64,000 bases of DNA from Tetramitus jugosus (taxonomy: Eukaryota; Protista; Heterolobosea). A model generated the notes under the pieces. That model was not told where the DNA came from, did no database searches, and saw only the letters and a program-made list of their open reading frames with translations. Of the stretch, positions 20,810 to 32,895 are shown one piece after another. The stretch covers positions 62,001 to 126,000 of the forward strand of contig OW569373.1 in the NCBI GenBank assembly GCA_937625935.1, written 5' to 3'. The translations under genes were made by a program, and so were the position numbers. Numbering within the stretch: the stretch's first letter is position 1; every line of letters starts with the position of its first letter.

Positions 20810-21469
20810 CTTTTCTTTCGTGTTGTGTGCACACTCTGAGAACTGGTTGTTGTAGACTTTCAAAACAACAAAGTTCGCACTGTGAACTCTTTTCACGAAA
20901 AGTCGTTCCAACCTACCTAGTCCATCGCGGAGTTTGAATATTAGGGTGGCGCACATAAGGAGAGAAAGCTCTGCGACAGGCGTCAATCCAAAACGTCAAA
21001 CCAAGCCATCAAAGTTCGCAACGAAAGATCGCGGCCAAAAAATGAGCCGAAACCTCCAAAAAGGCAAACGAAAAAGAAAATGAAACGAAATCCGCAAGAT
21101 TTCTGTCAAGTAGAATACTCTTCTTGAGGTTTCGCAATGTCTCTATGATTGCAGTTTCTCTCATCAAAAAGCAATTCCTGTGCGGACCGCGGTTTGCGTT
21201 GGTCTGCGCACCGAGTTGGAATCCATGGAATCAGCTGTTGGAGCAGACGTCTTACATCTCAGATATGCCTGGATTCTTCTTTCTGTTGGTTGGGTTTCCC
21301 AATCAATTTGTTTCTCCAATCGGAATAATAATCTCAACTTCATTGAAGTCCACGCAATAAATTTCCACGCTTGTCGGGGTTATCCTAAAAATTGTTGTGA
21401 AAAAACGTCACCAAACACAAACACCCCTGCAGCATCAATTCAAATCATCATCATCAGAAAACACACAAG

Positions 21470-22999
21470 ATGTCTATGCTCAGATCTGTCAAGAGACTCG
21501 CCACCATTACTACAACAAAGAGTGGTGCTCAACGTCGCTCCCTTCACACATGCTCCTTGCTTCGTTCACCATCCACCACTAGCAAAGACAGTCCAAACTA
21601 CCCTGGAGCGAAGAGTGCAAAGTTTACATCAGAATTTTTCTTCCAGAATGCAATCAATAGAGATGGTGAAGCTCATCCCATTTATCACATTATGGACAAT
21701 GAGGGAAACATTGTGAACCAAGAAGGATTTGATCAAGTTCAAAAATTGGTATGTTGATGGAATGTGTTACACTTGTTTTTAGCTTACTGCTATTGTTGCT
21801 TGGTGCTGCTGTTGGTTGCTGTCCATTGTAATTTTTGACTTTTTTTGGCGCTCAAAAAAAAGTCCTGAAAATGCGCGCCAATTTTCCACTACAGCAATCA
21901 TACTATCAAGAAATGAAAAGCTAACCACATATTGTATTCTTATCCTATTCATGTTTAGCTAAGCAATGATAAAGTGCTAGACATGTACAAAACAATGATC
22001 CAGCTTGAGACCATGGACGACATTCTATACAACGCACAGAGACAAGGCAGAGTCAGTTTTTACATGACCAACTTTGGTGAAGAGGCCATTCAAGTCGGTT
22101 CCGCTGCCGCACTCAAGGAAACAGATGAAATTTTTGCTCAATACAGAGAGAGTGGTGTGCTCATGTACAGAGGTTTCACACTGGAAGAGTTCATGAACCA
22201 GTGCTTCTCCACTGCCAAGGACTATGGTAAGGGAAGACAAATGCCTGTTCACTATGGAAGCAGCAAGCTCAGAGTTCAAACCATTAGCTCTCCACTGGGA
22301 ACTCAAATTCCACAGGCTGCTGGTGCAGGATACGTGCTCAAGCTCGCAAACAGAAGCGACGTTTGTGTGTGCTACTTTGGTGAGGGAGCAGCCTCTGAGG
22401 GTGACTTCCACGCTGCGCTCAACTTTGCCTCCACACTCAAATCTCAAACACTGTTCATTTGTCGTAACAATGGTTATGCCATCAGTACTCCATCCTCTGA
22501 TCAGTATCGTGGTGATGGTATTGTTGCTCGTGGTATGTCCTATGGTATGCAATCGATCCGTGTCGATGGTAATGATTTGTTTGCTTCTTATTTGGCTACT
22601 GCAAAGGCAAGAGAAATGATTGTCAATGAATCTATTCCTGTCTTGATTGAAGCCATGACATACAGAGGAGGTCATCACTCTACAAGTGACGATGCCACAC
22701 GTTACAGATCTGCTGAAGAATTGAGTTATTGGAGAAACAAGCAAAATCCAATTGTTCGTCTCCGCAAATACCTCGAAAACAACAAGTTGTGGACAACAGA
22801 AGAAGATCAACAAGTGAGAGACCAAACCAGAAGACAAGTGTTGGCTCTTTTGACTGAAATGACCAATGCCCCAAAGGTACCATTGAGCGAGTTGGTCAAT
22901 GACGTGTACGATGTTGTTCCAGATCACTTGAAGGAACAGAAGCGATTCGTGGATGCAATGGTTGAAAAGTATCCAGAATACTATGCCACTGGTCATTAA
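21470..22999 (+). CDS. BCKDHA: 2-oxoisovalerate dehydrogenase E1 alpha subunit, mitochondrial; exons 21470-21748 and 21959-22999
   Basis: Mitochondrial presequence and YPGAKS in exon 1. AQRQGRVSFY, GRQMPVHYGS, TPP motif GEGAASEGDFH...RNN and YRGGHHSTSDD in exon 2. Splicing GTATGT...TTTAG keeps the frame. Confidence 0.96.
21749..21958 (+). other. Spliceosomal intron (210 nt) in BCKDHA
   Basis: GTATGT donor, GCTAAC branch point near 21920, TTTAG acceptor, phase 0 junction. Confidence 0.9.
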
Positions 23000-23189
23000 T
23001 TACTTACTTTTATATTTTTTCTGTGTGGAACGAACTCTCGAGAGGGAAACTTAGCCTCATTTTTGTAATGTCCTGTTGGTTGTTAACTTGGAATAAATTG
23101 ATTGATATCAAAAGACAACGATTTAGATATTACACGAACGTGTTCTGTTACTGTTATTTACAAAATTTTGAATGTCGAAATCGTTAGTA

Positions 23190-24640
23190 TTATACAAGTA
23201 GGTTATCCAACGAATTCATCGATGGATAACTTCTGTCAAACTGGAGAACACTATTGTAAGTACGGTCAAAAACTCCTGCAAACAGAGAATCTCTTCCCAG
23301 AGCATCCACGTCTGAGAAAGTAATACCACAGATCTCCCCAAACAAATCAATCATTTGCTCTGTCGCCACAGGGAACTGATCTGCACGATACACATGAACA
23401 ATGTCAGCCGGTTCACTGAAGGCAAGATACCGACCGTCCGAGGAGAATGTAATGTTGCGAACGGGTCCCATGCAACCACACAACAGTTGAAGACTGCTTC
23501 GAGGCATGCGCATGTCCCATACTCTTGCAGTCTTGTCTTGACTGCCCGTGACCAGAATGTTGTCATTAGTTGGATGCCAGGACGCTGCAAAGCAATAGTC
23601 GAGATGTCCAGGTAGAATCAACTGAGGCGTTTTCGTGTTCGGAACAGTCATATGATCAAATATGTGAATATTGTGATCATCACCCAACACTGCCAACAAC
23701 TTTGCATTATGTCCTGCACGATTCGGTGGGATGCATGCATGATTGACACAGAACGAGAATTCAAATTCTTTGGCGACGGTGCAATCAGAGGGACCAATCT
23801 CAAGAAACCTTACTTTCTTGTCATTGCTAGCAATGATGGCTTGTGCTGCTTGAATCGATCCAGAATCACTCGGAGCAATCTGTATGTGATTTGTGATGGC
23901 ATTCGGCTGTTCAGTCACCTTTTCATCGAAGAATGTATGATTCCTGTACAATGATTTCACGAGTATTTCACCTTTGAAACCACCGATTGCTACCATGTCT
24001 CTCATGGTAGCCATCGTTGTAATCACAAATGGTTGTTGAACGCGATTCTGGAGGTCCAATTCCATGCGACACGTTCGAGCAATGGATCAAAACTGTGAAT
24101 GGTTGATCGATTCTGAATGAAGAGTATTCTTTGACTCTGAGCACCGAATGAACAATTGCCCATCAAGTGCCGCAACTGGAAATGAGTCAACCCTGCATGA
24201 GCCATGCGTGCATTGAAGGAAAAGTGAAAAAAATTTTCAATATCACACGTCACGCTCTTCATTTCCCGCCATAGGTCAACCAAGTCGCCCAACGGTCTCG
24301 CTTCATCTTCTCCGTGCGCATTCGCAACCAAGTATTGCTCATACCTCTGTCTTCTGTCTCTTCTGTATTTCCACCTACTATTGCGAATGTTCTTCCATGA
24401 GATACCTTGAATGTCATCACCGCGCACTTCACTTGCATGTTGTGCATACGTTGGGAAGTAATTGGACCGTTGACCATGCGGCGGTTGATCCGAGGTCGGA
24501 GAATGATTATCGGAAGATGCTTCTTGGGCCAATTGTTTCTGGCATTCATTCTTTGTAAATTTCTTGTCCCATTGGTTGACTTCAGAGTCGGTCAACAGCA
24601 GTTGCTTTTTGTTGTTTTTGTCGTTATTGGTATCAATCAT
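23190..24640 (-). CDS. WD40-repeat protein of the DUF2415 / C2A9.03-like family, split by an apparent 1-nt frameshift near 24066
   Basis: Upstream frame carries DIQGISW..R..YR..R...Y and HFQLR. Downstream frame carries VAIGGFKGE, ITNH, ASND, GHLDYCFAASWHP, TGSQDKTARVWD, SEPADIVHVY and QMIDLFGEICG. Confidence 0.8.
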
Positions 24641-24753
24641 ACGTAATGGGTGTGATCTCAAGTTGGTTGATTTTTTTCTTTCTGGGTGGGCTGGATTGAT
24701 TTTTGAAAGGACATGTAAAGGAGTTTTTTGAAGATGAAATAATCTAATTTTGT

Positions 24754-26370
24754 TTATGCATGTGATCCAGATCCTCCTATTGTCATGAGGTCAAATTGAA
24801 TGGATCCGTCAACATCTTGATGAAGTGGAGTACCAATGCTTAATACAACATCATCGTTGATATCAGACATGTCCAAATTCAATCGACTTCGAACAAATTT
24901 GATTACGCTGCGCAACAGAACTACAAACTTGATCAATCCAATTGCTACAAACAATGCGAAGAGATAGGTTTCTACATGATACAATCCAAAGAACACTACT
25001 TGTCGATCATTGACTCCAAACCTGTTCGTTACAATGTTAAGCAAGTACAAATCGAAATAGGCTCTCCAGAACACAATCATGTGAAAGATTCCAATAAAAC
25101 TAAGAGTTAATAGTGCCATGATCGCGTGAGAAACATTTAGACTATAATAGTTTTGTTCCCACAGATCCAGCCAGACTTCCAAGTGATACACATTGTTGTT
25201 CCATATGGAAAGACACTGACGATATTGAACTTCGTTGATCATGAGATCAGTTGATGACGGATTCATTGTAAACACGACACCGTTATCACTCACCACTCTC
25301 TGATACACTTTGACAGCGTCGGACTTTTTCAGTTCGTTGATGACTCTCTCCTTTTCATCGTCGCAGCAGCCATCGTCACACTCACTAGAGAAAATCTCAA
25401 TTATCAAATTACTTCGTTTCATGTTACATACATACACCAATTCAGCTGTAGTCTCAATTCTTTTTGGTGTATTTGAGATTACGTGTTTCTGTTGTTGTTG
25501 GTGCACTTTCCTCTTCATTGATCGTTCATTTTGTAATCGTTTCTCTTGTCTGAGATTATCCAAGCGTATCATGTCATCTTGTGTCCGAATTTCCTCTATT
25601 TGTACTGATGGTGGATCACTTATCAAATGATAGTACTTGGGAACTTTTGAAGTTGTTGTAAACTTTTGTGTAAAAATGTTTGTTTTCGAGAAGAGAGTGA
25701 AAAAGGCACCATCTTTGACAGTTGACGAGTCAATTCTCCTCCTCTTTCTCCTTCTATTGATGTGGTTTCCCGCTGGTAATGGTTGGAGATCCTCTCGCTT
25801 GTTGGTGGTTGTTGTTGGTCTCTGACATGGCTTTTGACTCAAAGAATCTGCACCAAACACCATTTGTTTCACATGCTCTTCTGTGATTAAATCCTGAAAT
25901 TGGTTGAGTTGGGATCGAACCAGAGAGATAAACACGCTCTTTCCAATGAAACCACAGGCGATAAACATGGATACCATGGCTATGAAAACACCACACTTGA
26001 ACAAGGTCTTTTTCGTGCGAATTGACAATCTTGTCCTCGAATGATTATTCTCCAATACCTTGTACGTTGTGAAGCATGTTGGACAACGATTGAAATTGTC
26101 ATGAAAAGTCGGATGAATGTGTCTCCAACTGTTCAAACAGTCACGATGAACGTACTTGATGCTACCGGAGCACAAACATGGACTAATCAGTGAATTTTCC
26201 TTGGTTGAGCTTGACAAAGAGAGGCACTCATTGTACGTCTCATGACAGATGCGACAAATTTTTTCGTCCGTTCTAATTTTTGGTTTGTCCACCAGGTGGC
26301 GGTCAACCAGAGGCGACGACACTGTTGAGTCCTGGTATGATACCTTGGATACCATATGATGATTCTTCAT
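24754..26370 (-). CDS. RING-CH (MARCH-type) membrane E3 ubiquitin ligase
   Basis: CRICHE...LISPCLCSGSIKYVHRDCLNSW...CPTC (C4HC3), followed by TM segments. Confidence 0.88.
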   Translation of the reverse strand: MKNHHMVSKVSYQDSTVSSPLVDRHLVDKPKIRTDEKICRICHETYNECLSLSSSTKENSLISPCLCSGSIKYVHRDCLNSWRHIHPTFHDNFNRCPTCFTTYKVLENNHSRTRLSIRTKKTLFKCGVFIAMVSMFIACGFIGKSVFISLVRSQLNQFQDLITEEHVKQMVFGADSLSQKPCQRPTTTTNKREDLQPLPAGNHINRRRKRRRIDSSTVKDGAFFTLFSKTNIFTQKFTTTSKVPKYYHLISDPPSVQIEEIRTQDDMIRLDNLRQEKRLQNERSMKRKVHQQQQKHVISNTPKRIETTAELVYVCNMKRSNLIIEIFSSECDDGCCDDEKERVINELKKSDAVKVYQRVVSDNGVVFTMNPSSTDLMINEVQYRQCLSIWNNNVYHLEVWLDLWEQNYYSLNVSHAIMALLTLSFIGIFHMIVFWRAYFDLYLLNIVTNRFGVNDRQVVFFGLYHVETYLFALFVAIGLIKFVVLLRSVIKFVRSRLNLDMSDINDDVVLSIGTPLHQDVDGSIQFDLMTIGGSGSHA

Positions 26371-26785
26371 TGTTGGCAACTACTTGTTCTTCTCCTCCTC
26401 TATTTGTTGTAGTTTTTGTTGTTGTTCGATAATAGTCGAGGATTGGACCACAATCTCACAGTGTTTCTCTTGTTGTTGGCAGATCGCTCAACAGTTTGGC
26501 AGAGATGCTAAATACCGATGACCCGATCTCTCGCCCGTTTTTTTGGAAGTTCTCTCTTCTATGCCTAAAATTCACCTGCTATCTCGTAGTCGGGCCGCCC
26601 GAACGGATCTATTTCTGTCTTACTCTCAAGTTCAATCAAACTATTGACCTGGAGTTTGCCCGAAAAGCTCTTTTGTGACGGCAATTGAAATACATGGATA
26701 TTTCTCATGATTCGAGCTCGGGATGTTTGTGGTTTGCCATCATCTTGATTCGTTCTCTTTGTCGTTTAAGTGCCAAGGGAAAAAT

Positions 26786-26840
26786 TTTCGCGCCCACACT
26801 TTGGCGCCTTCTAGTGAACGTTTCAGTTTTTCAATTTGAA
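26786..26840 (+). promoter_or_regulatory. Two E2F-like sites plus a CHR-like element upstream of kinesin-5
   Basis: TTTCGCGC (26786-26793), TTTGGCGC (26800-26807) and TTTGAA (26835-26840), 120-175 nt upstream of the ATG of a mitotic kinesin. Confidence 0.45.
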
Positions 26841-26961
26841 AATCGGGTGATCCGTCAACTTCTCTTGGCCTCGTGGTATGCAGTCCAATTTTTCAAAAAA
26901 CAGAATAACAGAACACACACAAGTGCCATTCACACTGACTTAAACACCAACAAAAACAAGA

Positions 26962-29900
26962 ATGAGACTGAACACAACAACAAGTACTCTCAATTCTTCA
27001 TCCGTGCTTGACTCACCAGGTCATTCTTCCATTCGAGTTGACTCTCAGGTTTGTCCAGTTCACGTACTGGTCCGTTGCCGTCCACTGAATGAAAAGGAAA
27101 AGTCACATGGCATCAGTATAAAAACGAGTGAGATTACTCGTAGAAGCGTAACTGTACAACAAAAACTTGTACATGGAAAAGAGATTTCAAAAATGTTTGC
27201 ATTTGATCAGGTGTTTGGCCCTGTGTCATCTCAAGTTGAATTATTCAACACTAGTATAAAACCAATTGTCAATGAAGGTATGATATCAAATCAAATTTAT
27301 ATCCGTTACCTCAATTTTTGGCGCTAACCTATTTGTTTTTTATAACGGTCCAAAATTTGATAGTTTTGGAGGGATTCAGTTGTACGATATTTGCCTATGG
27401 TCAAACTTCAACTGGTAAGACCTTTACTATGGAGGGTGCTCGGAACTCCAAGACAAATGAAATTATAGAAACCCAAGCTGGTGTGATCCCTAGAAGTGTG
27501 GCTCACATTTTTGAGACTCTAGAGAAGCACAAGAGTGAATACACGGTAAAGCTTAGTTGCTTGGAGCTTTACAATGAAGAGCTACAAGATTTGTTGTCAG
27601 TTGATCCACCAATGCCAAACAATGGTCAAGCTTCAAAGGATTCTGGTAGTAAGCTAAAGATTTTTGATGATAGTTCAAAGGGAACATCTGTGCACGGCGC
27701 TGAGGAAGTTGTCGTCCAAGATACGGCCCACGTCATGAGAGTTTTGGATCAAGCAACAAAGAAGCGTCAAATCGCTGAAACTCAGCTCAATAAGCAATCT
27801 AGCAGATCTCATGCCATTACTACCATTACGATCCATATTCGTGATCAAACACCAGACGGTGAAGAGTTTATCAAGACTGGTAAGTTGAACCTTGTTGATT
27901 TGGCTGGTTCTGAGAACATTGGCCGTTCAGGAGCTCAGAATAAGCGTGCAAAGGAGGCTGGTATGATTAATCAGTCACTTTTGACTCTGGGCAGAGTCAT
28001 CACTGCGTTGACTGAAAAGTGTCCTCACGTTCCTTATAGAGAATCAAAGTTGACTCGTTTGTTGCAAGATTCACTCGGAGGAAGGACAAAAACATGTATC
28101 ATTGCAACTATTTCACCTTCTGTGTTGTGCTTGGAAGAAACTCTGTCTACTCTAGACTATGCCAACAGAGCAAAGAGTATTAAGAATAAGCCAGAATTGA
28201 ATATGAAGATTTCCAAGGGTGCAATGATTAAGGAAATGGCCAGTGAGTGTGAACAATTGAGACAAATGTTGTCCATGCAAAGATCTAGATCTGGTGGTGT
28301 ATTCTTGTCCAATGACCAGTACGAGGAGAAGGAAAAGTTGATTAAGAATCAAGAAGATAAATTAGATAGCATGAAGACCGAGATGGAGCTTTTGAAGAAA
28401 GAAGTGGACGCAACCTTGGACCGCTTGAATGAAGAGCAGGGGCTATTGAAAATGGAGAGAGAGGAGCACAACCAAACAAGAAACGAGCTCGATTATGCAC
28501 GCAGCTGCATTGAGAAGAATGAAAGAGATATTGCTGACTTGCAGGGTCAATTGTCAGAAACACGATATGTGCTTGATAAGAAGGGTCAGAATGAACAACA
28601 GCTGTACACTGAGGCTCAAACTCTCTTGTCTAGTCTGAGAGAGTCTGAAACAGATATTGCTGCATTGGTCGATTCTATTGCTAATCAGAGAACAATTCAC
28701 CAAGACAATGAGTCAACAATCAGCACTACCGGAGACAAGTTGACCAAACAAGTGTTTGAAGTTATTGAGTCGTTGGAACAATTCCGTAAGTCTTATCACA
28801 AGATTTCTTCGACTGACTTCCAAGAACATATGAGCAAGTTCAAAGAGGCTCAGAGCACTGCCTTTGATTCATTGTTGAACAAACATTTTGTCGAGTTGAC
28901 TGAGCAATACATTGTCACAAAGGACAAGATTTCCAATGTCGTCGATAAGTTTGTGTCTGCATCCAAGGAAAATGGAGCTACTTCTACTGAGGAGCAGAAG
29001 AAGTTTGATGAGATGATTTCCGAGTGTGTTAATGCCAATTTGAACATTTCACAGAAGAGTCTAAAGAACATTCAGAATCAACTGCTGGAACACCATAACC
29101 AAGGTGCTGATTGGATGAAGAACTACGTGAATGATGTCATATTTGCTCAGAGCAAACAAATGATGGAGAAATACACTACTGATCAAAAAGGTCTCGCTCT
29201 TGAAACTCTAAAGAGAGTCAATGAGAACACCTCTGCACAGTTGAAGTCTTTGGAACAATATAAGAACATGTTCCTCGAACTGTCATCCAAACAGCAACTA
29301 AACAATGCGCAGATGAAGAAGAGTTTGCTAACCAAAATGGAAAAGTTAGTCGATGAGTGTGTCTCTGTAAATAATCAAGAATTGCAGGGTGTTGTTCAAT
29401 CTGTTGACAAGGGATTATCGCACATGAATGAACAAATTGGAGATTTCAGAACAAGTTTCACTGCTGACCACGACTCTGCTCAACAAAGATTGAGTTTGTT
29501 CATGAGTGAAATGCTCTCTGCTTCTCAACAACAAATCAAGGAGGTCGAGGAAAAGTATCTGGCTGTAAATAGAATGAAGGACGAGAACCTCACCGCTGTA
29601 AATATGCTCTCCAACACTTTGTCGAGCCAGGCCGAGAAGCAGATGGAATTCAATGAGACTCAATCTACTCGCTTCGGTAAGTTATTACAAGGCCATATCG
29701 AATCCGTGAACGACTTGAGAGTCGATAGCCAATTGGTTCATGACAGACATTCTCGTGTCTTCGCAGATTGTATGACTGCAACCAAGGAAACGATCGAGAA
29801 TCTTGATGCGAATGTAATTAGTTCCATGATTACAGCGTTGAATGAGAATAACTCGAACGCTAACAGCATTTATTCACGTTCATTTACTGCTTCTTCCGAC

Positions 29901-30407
29901 TCTCATAAGCAGATTCATGCCACTATTCTCGAGATGAGAGAAAACTGGAAGGCTAACACCAAGACCGAGAGCACTCCAAGAAAGCGTAAGCGATCTGACA
30001 TTGACAGTGTCACTGCAATCCGGACATATGATGAGATTACTAGAGAGCGCATGACTCAAATGCAAGCTGAGAGTCCAATCGAAACAAACCTTGTCTCACT
30101 GCCAACTATGTCTGAAGAGTGTGACACAATGTCTGATGATTTACTGATTGAAGATCAAGAGAATCAAGCTCCTCCTTCACCAAATGTTATGCCTGCCAAG
30201 ACTTCACTTGCTGGCACACAGAAGCCTGTTTTCGGACCACACAAGCCATCGACTACTTCAAACGCTGGTGGTTTGAAGAAACCCAATCTTGCCATTACTT
30301 TCTCTCCTCAAAATGGAAAGAGAAGGAAGAAGATTTCTTCCATGTCTGGCACGACGGCAACTCTTGGCAGACCATTGCACCGTTCAAGCAGTTCTCAGTT
30401 CAGATAA
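26962..30407 (+). CDS. KIF11: Kinesin-5 (BimC/Eg5 family) mitotic motor; exons 26962-27277 and 27364-30407
   Basis: VLVRCRP, FAFDQVF, P-loop YGQTSTGKTFTMEG, SSRSH, kinesin-5-type LVDLAGSENIGRSGA, HVPYRESKLTRLLQDSLGGRTKT, long coiled-coil stalk. Intron GTATGA...ATAG restores NEVLEG. Confidence 0.92.
27278..27363 (+). other. Spliceosomal intron (86 nt) in kinesin-5
   Basis: GTATGA donor, GCTAAC branch point, TAG acceptor, phase 1 junction restoring the motor domain. Confidence 0.88.
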
Positions 30408-30461
30408 ATCACATTCTTTTTTACGTAATGACAAATTTCGATTCTACATTACATTGAGAAT

Positions 30462-32234
30462 TTAGTTTACTGTTGTTGTTTTATCTTCACTGCCTAATAG
30501 CTCCCGAAGCTCTTGAACTGCATCCTGAGAACTCTCTCGTGATGGATCAGCTTCGAGTGCTTTCTCAGCATCAGCCAGAGCCAAGGAAAGCATGTCCATG
30601 TGCATGTAGCATTTGGATCGATTTGATAGTAATTCTATGTATTGCTTCGAGCTCAGATTGCCTTGATGCTTGTTCAACACGCGAGTAAAATCACTAATTG
30701 CCTCTGAGAACATTTCTATTTCAAGGGATACCATGCCTCTCATCACGCGATAATCTGTGGCATGTTCATTGAGCTTAATAGCCTCATTCAAATCTGAACG
30801 AGCACGATTGTACTCTCCCATCTTGAAATACACGGAAGCTCTCTTGTAGAACGTGTCAGGATCTTCTCTATCAATCATCATGTCCAACAGTGTCGTAAAA
30901 CATTCGATTGCAGCGTCCAAACGACCACTTCTCTCGTACAATTGACCCTTGAGTGTCCAAGCTTCAGCATTACCAGGGTCCATCTCCAGAATATTGTTCA
31001 GTGCAATCATGGCTTCAGATGAACGCTTCAAGTGACTCAGAACCGTAGCTCTGCCATTCAAAATGAGCAATTGTTCAATGTTGCCCTCATTATCACTACC
31101 ACTCTCCTCCTCTTGTTCATCACCATTCTCATCCTTGTGTGATAATCGGATCTTGGACAATTCTTCAACCGTTGTACAGTAGTATGGGAAGGCTTCATCT
31201 GAACGATTCATTTGAATCAACAATAGGCATCTTTGCACAATGACATCAACCAATTGTTTCCACCTTTGTTGCCACAATTTGAGCTCTTCCTTGCTGAGCG
31301 AACTTTGTTCCGTACGCGTGAGAAGGGTGCGACTGTCAGAGCTACAGTAACCTTCCTTGACAATGGTTTGATAGGTGTCTAGAGCTTCTTCTTGTTGATT
31401 GAGTCCAATGAGACATTGAGCTTTGATGGCCCAACATTGAATTTTGGTGTGGCAGCTATTGTTTGTGCTACTGCTGCTGTTGACGCTGTTTGTGCTGTCA
31501 GTCAGCATGCCCATGGAGCTACTGCTGTTCGTGGCATCATTCGTCGATGATGTTGTCGCCAAAGCTTTTTCGACATCTTCTAGAGCTTTTTTCCATTGTA
31601 ATTCATTGTTAGCTTTACAATGAGCAATTGCCCTCTGTATGAGTGCGCTCAAGAACTGTGGTTCGACTTGGAGAACTTTATCAAAATTGCGAATCGCTCC
31701 CGCGTAGTCTCGTTCGACTTCTAATTGCTGGACCCCCTGGTCATACCACTGTAGCATGTCTGTTAGAACGTTGAAACCGAATCCTCCGCCGCTCGAATCT
31801 CCGCCGCCTCCACTACGATGACCGCTCTTGTATTTTATACTATTTTTTCGTAAGCTTAGCCGACCAAAGCTATTGGAAGAAGAAGCAGAATTTCTGTCTC
31901 CATTTCCAGAGCTCGTACTACTGCTAGCACTTGCGCTGCTATTAGGGCTATGATTACCACCGCCACTAAACAACTTACCAATGGATTTTCTCAAGCTCAT
32001 TCTTCGAGAAGCTCTTCTCTCCTGGTTGTTGCTGCTGTTAGTTTGTCTCAATAGCTCATCACCAAACTCATCATGCAAAGGTGAAAGAGTCGCAGTGGTC
32101 GTATTGGTCATCGTTGTGGTCGTAGTATTTGTGCTTGTCGGAGAATTTGAGTTTGGCGCCAAACCGAGTTTAATGCTCATTCGCCTAAACACATTCATTT
32201 TGGTCTTTTTGTTGGTCGTGTCTTGAGATGACAT
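30462..32234 (-). CDS. Tetratricopeptide-repeat protein with Ser/Thr-rich N-terminus
   Basis: TPR-like units DYAGAIRNFDKVLQVEP, AEAWTLKGQLY, YNRARSDLNEAIKLN and ALADAEKALEADP. Likely start MSSQD at 32234. Confidence 0.85.
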   Translation of the reverse strand: MSSQDTTNKKTKMNVFRRMSIKLGLAPNSNSPTSTNTTTTTMTNTTTATLSPLHDEFGDELLRQTNSSNNQERRASRRMSLRKSIGKLFSGGGNHSPNSSASASSSTSSGNGDRNSASSSNSFGRLSLRKNSIKYKSGHRSGGGGDSSGGGFGFNVLTDMLQWYDQGVQQLEVERDYAGAIRNFDKVLQVEPQFLSALIQRAIAHCKANNELQWKKALEDVEKALATTSSTNDATNSSSSMGMLTDSTNSVNSSSSTNNSCHTKIQCWAIKAQCLIGLNQQEEALDTYQTIVKEGYCSSDSRTLLTRTEQSSLSKEELKLWQQRWKQLVDVIVQRCLLLIQMNRSDEAFPYYCTTVEELSKIRLSHKDENGDEQEEESGSDNEGNIEQLLILNGRATVLSHLKRSSEAMIALNNILEMDPGNAEAWTLKGQLYERSGRLDAAIECFTTLLDMMIDREDPDTFYKRASVYFKMGEYNRARSDLNEAIKLNEHATDYRVMRGMVSLEIEMFSEAISDFTRVLNKHQGNLSSKQYIELLSNRSKCYMHMDMLSLALADAEKALEADPSRESSQDAVQELRELLGSEDKTTTVN

Positions 32235-32895
32235 TCTGATGCAATTTTTGTGTTCTTGTTTTTTTTGTTTGTTGTTTGCAGGTTCACGTCGTGACAGGAC
32301 AAACAAGGTTGTCACACGTATATTTTTGTGGAATATGTGAGATGAAGATGACACTCGACACATCCGTCAAATCGGGTGAACTCATGCCGGAAAGAAAAAA
32401 TCTCCGGCGAGTGATCTGTCTACAGATATCTAGCGCTCAAGAACAGCAAAAAGGATGAGTCATACCGGTGATGATTTTGATGGACTTGTTTGTCGAAAAA
32501 CGATTGAAGAGGTTGAGATCTGAATCAATCGCGGACAATTTTCTTGGTTGACCGAAATAATACAACGGGTTACACGTCATAAACGCCGTTTTTGAATTCG
32601 CGAGAGGTTTGAAATAAGTTTATCGGTGATCCCACACATCTCAATGGAATTTCCACGGAGTCGAGCTGGGACAACAAGATTGAACTATTGTTGGTTGTGC
32701 TGCGCAAGATCAACAACAACGGCAACAACTTCAACAAAAGGTTAGGCTTGTCTATTGTCTCACATCACTGCTCATTCTTGATCATCTTCGTACCTTGTTT
32801 CACACAAAAAACAACTCCCAACACTCACCACATCAACACCCAAACGATTCTCTTTCTATTTCATTTGAACTAGTTCTGATATCTGAGACATTAGA

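Noticed and set aside
22025-22996. 323-aa antisense ORF over BCKDHA
   Set aside because: It mirrors the codons of a conserved, codon-biased gene and has no recognisable motifs; treated as a shadow ORF.
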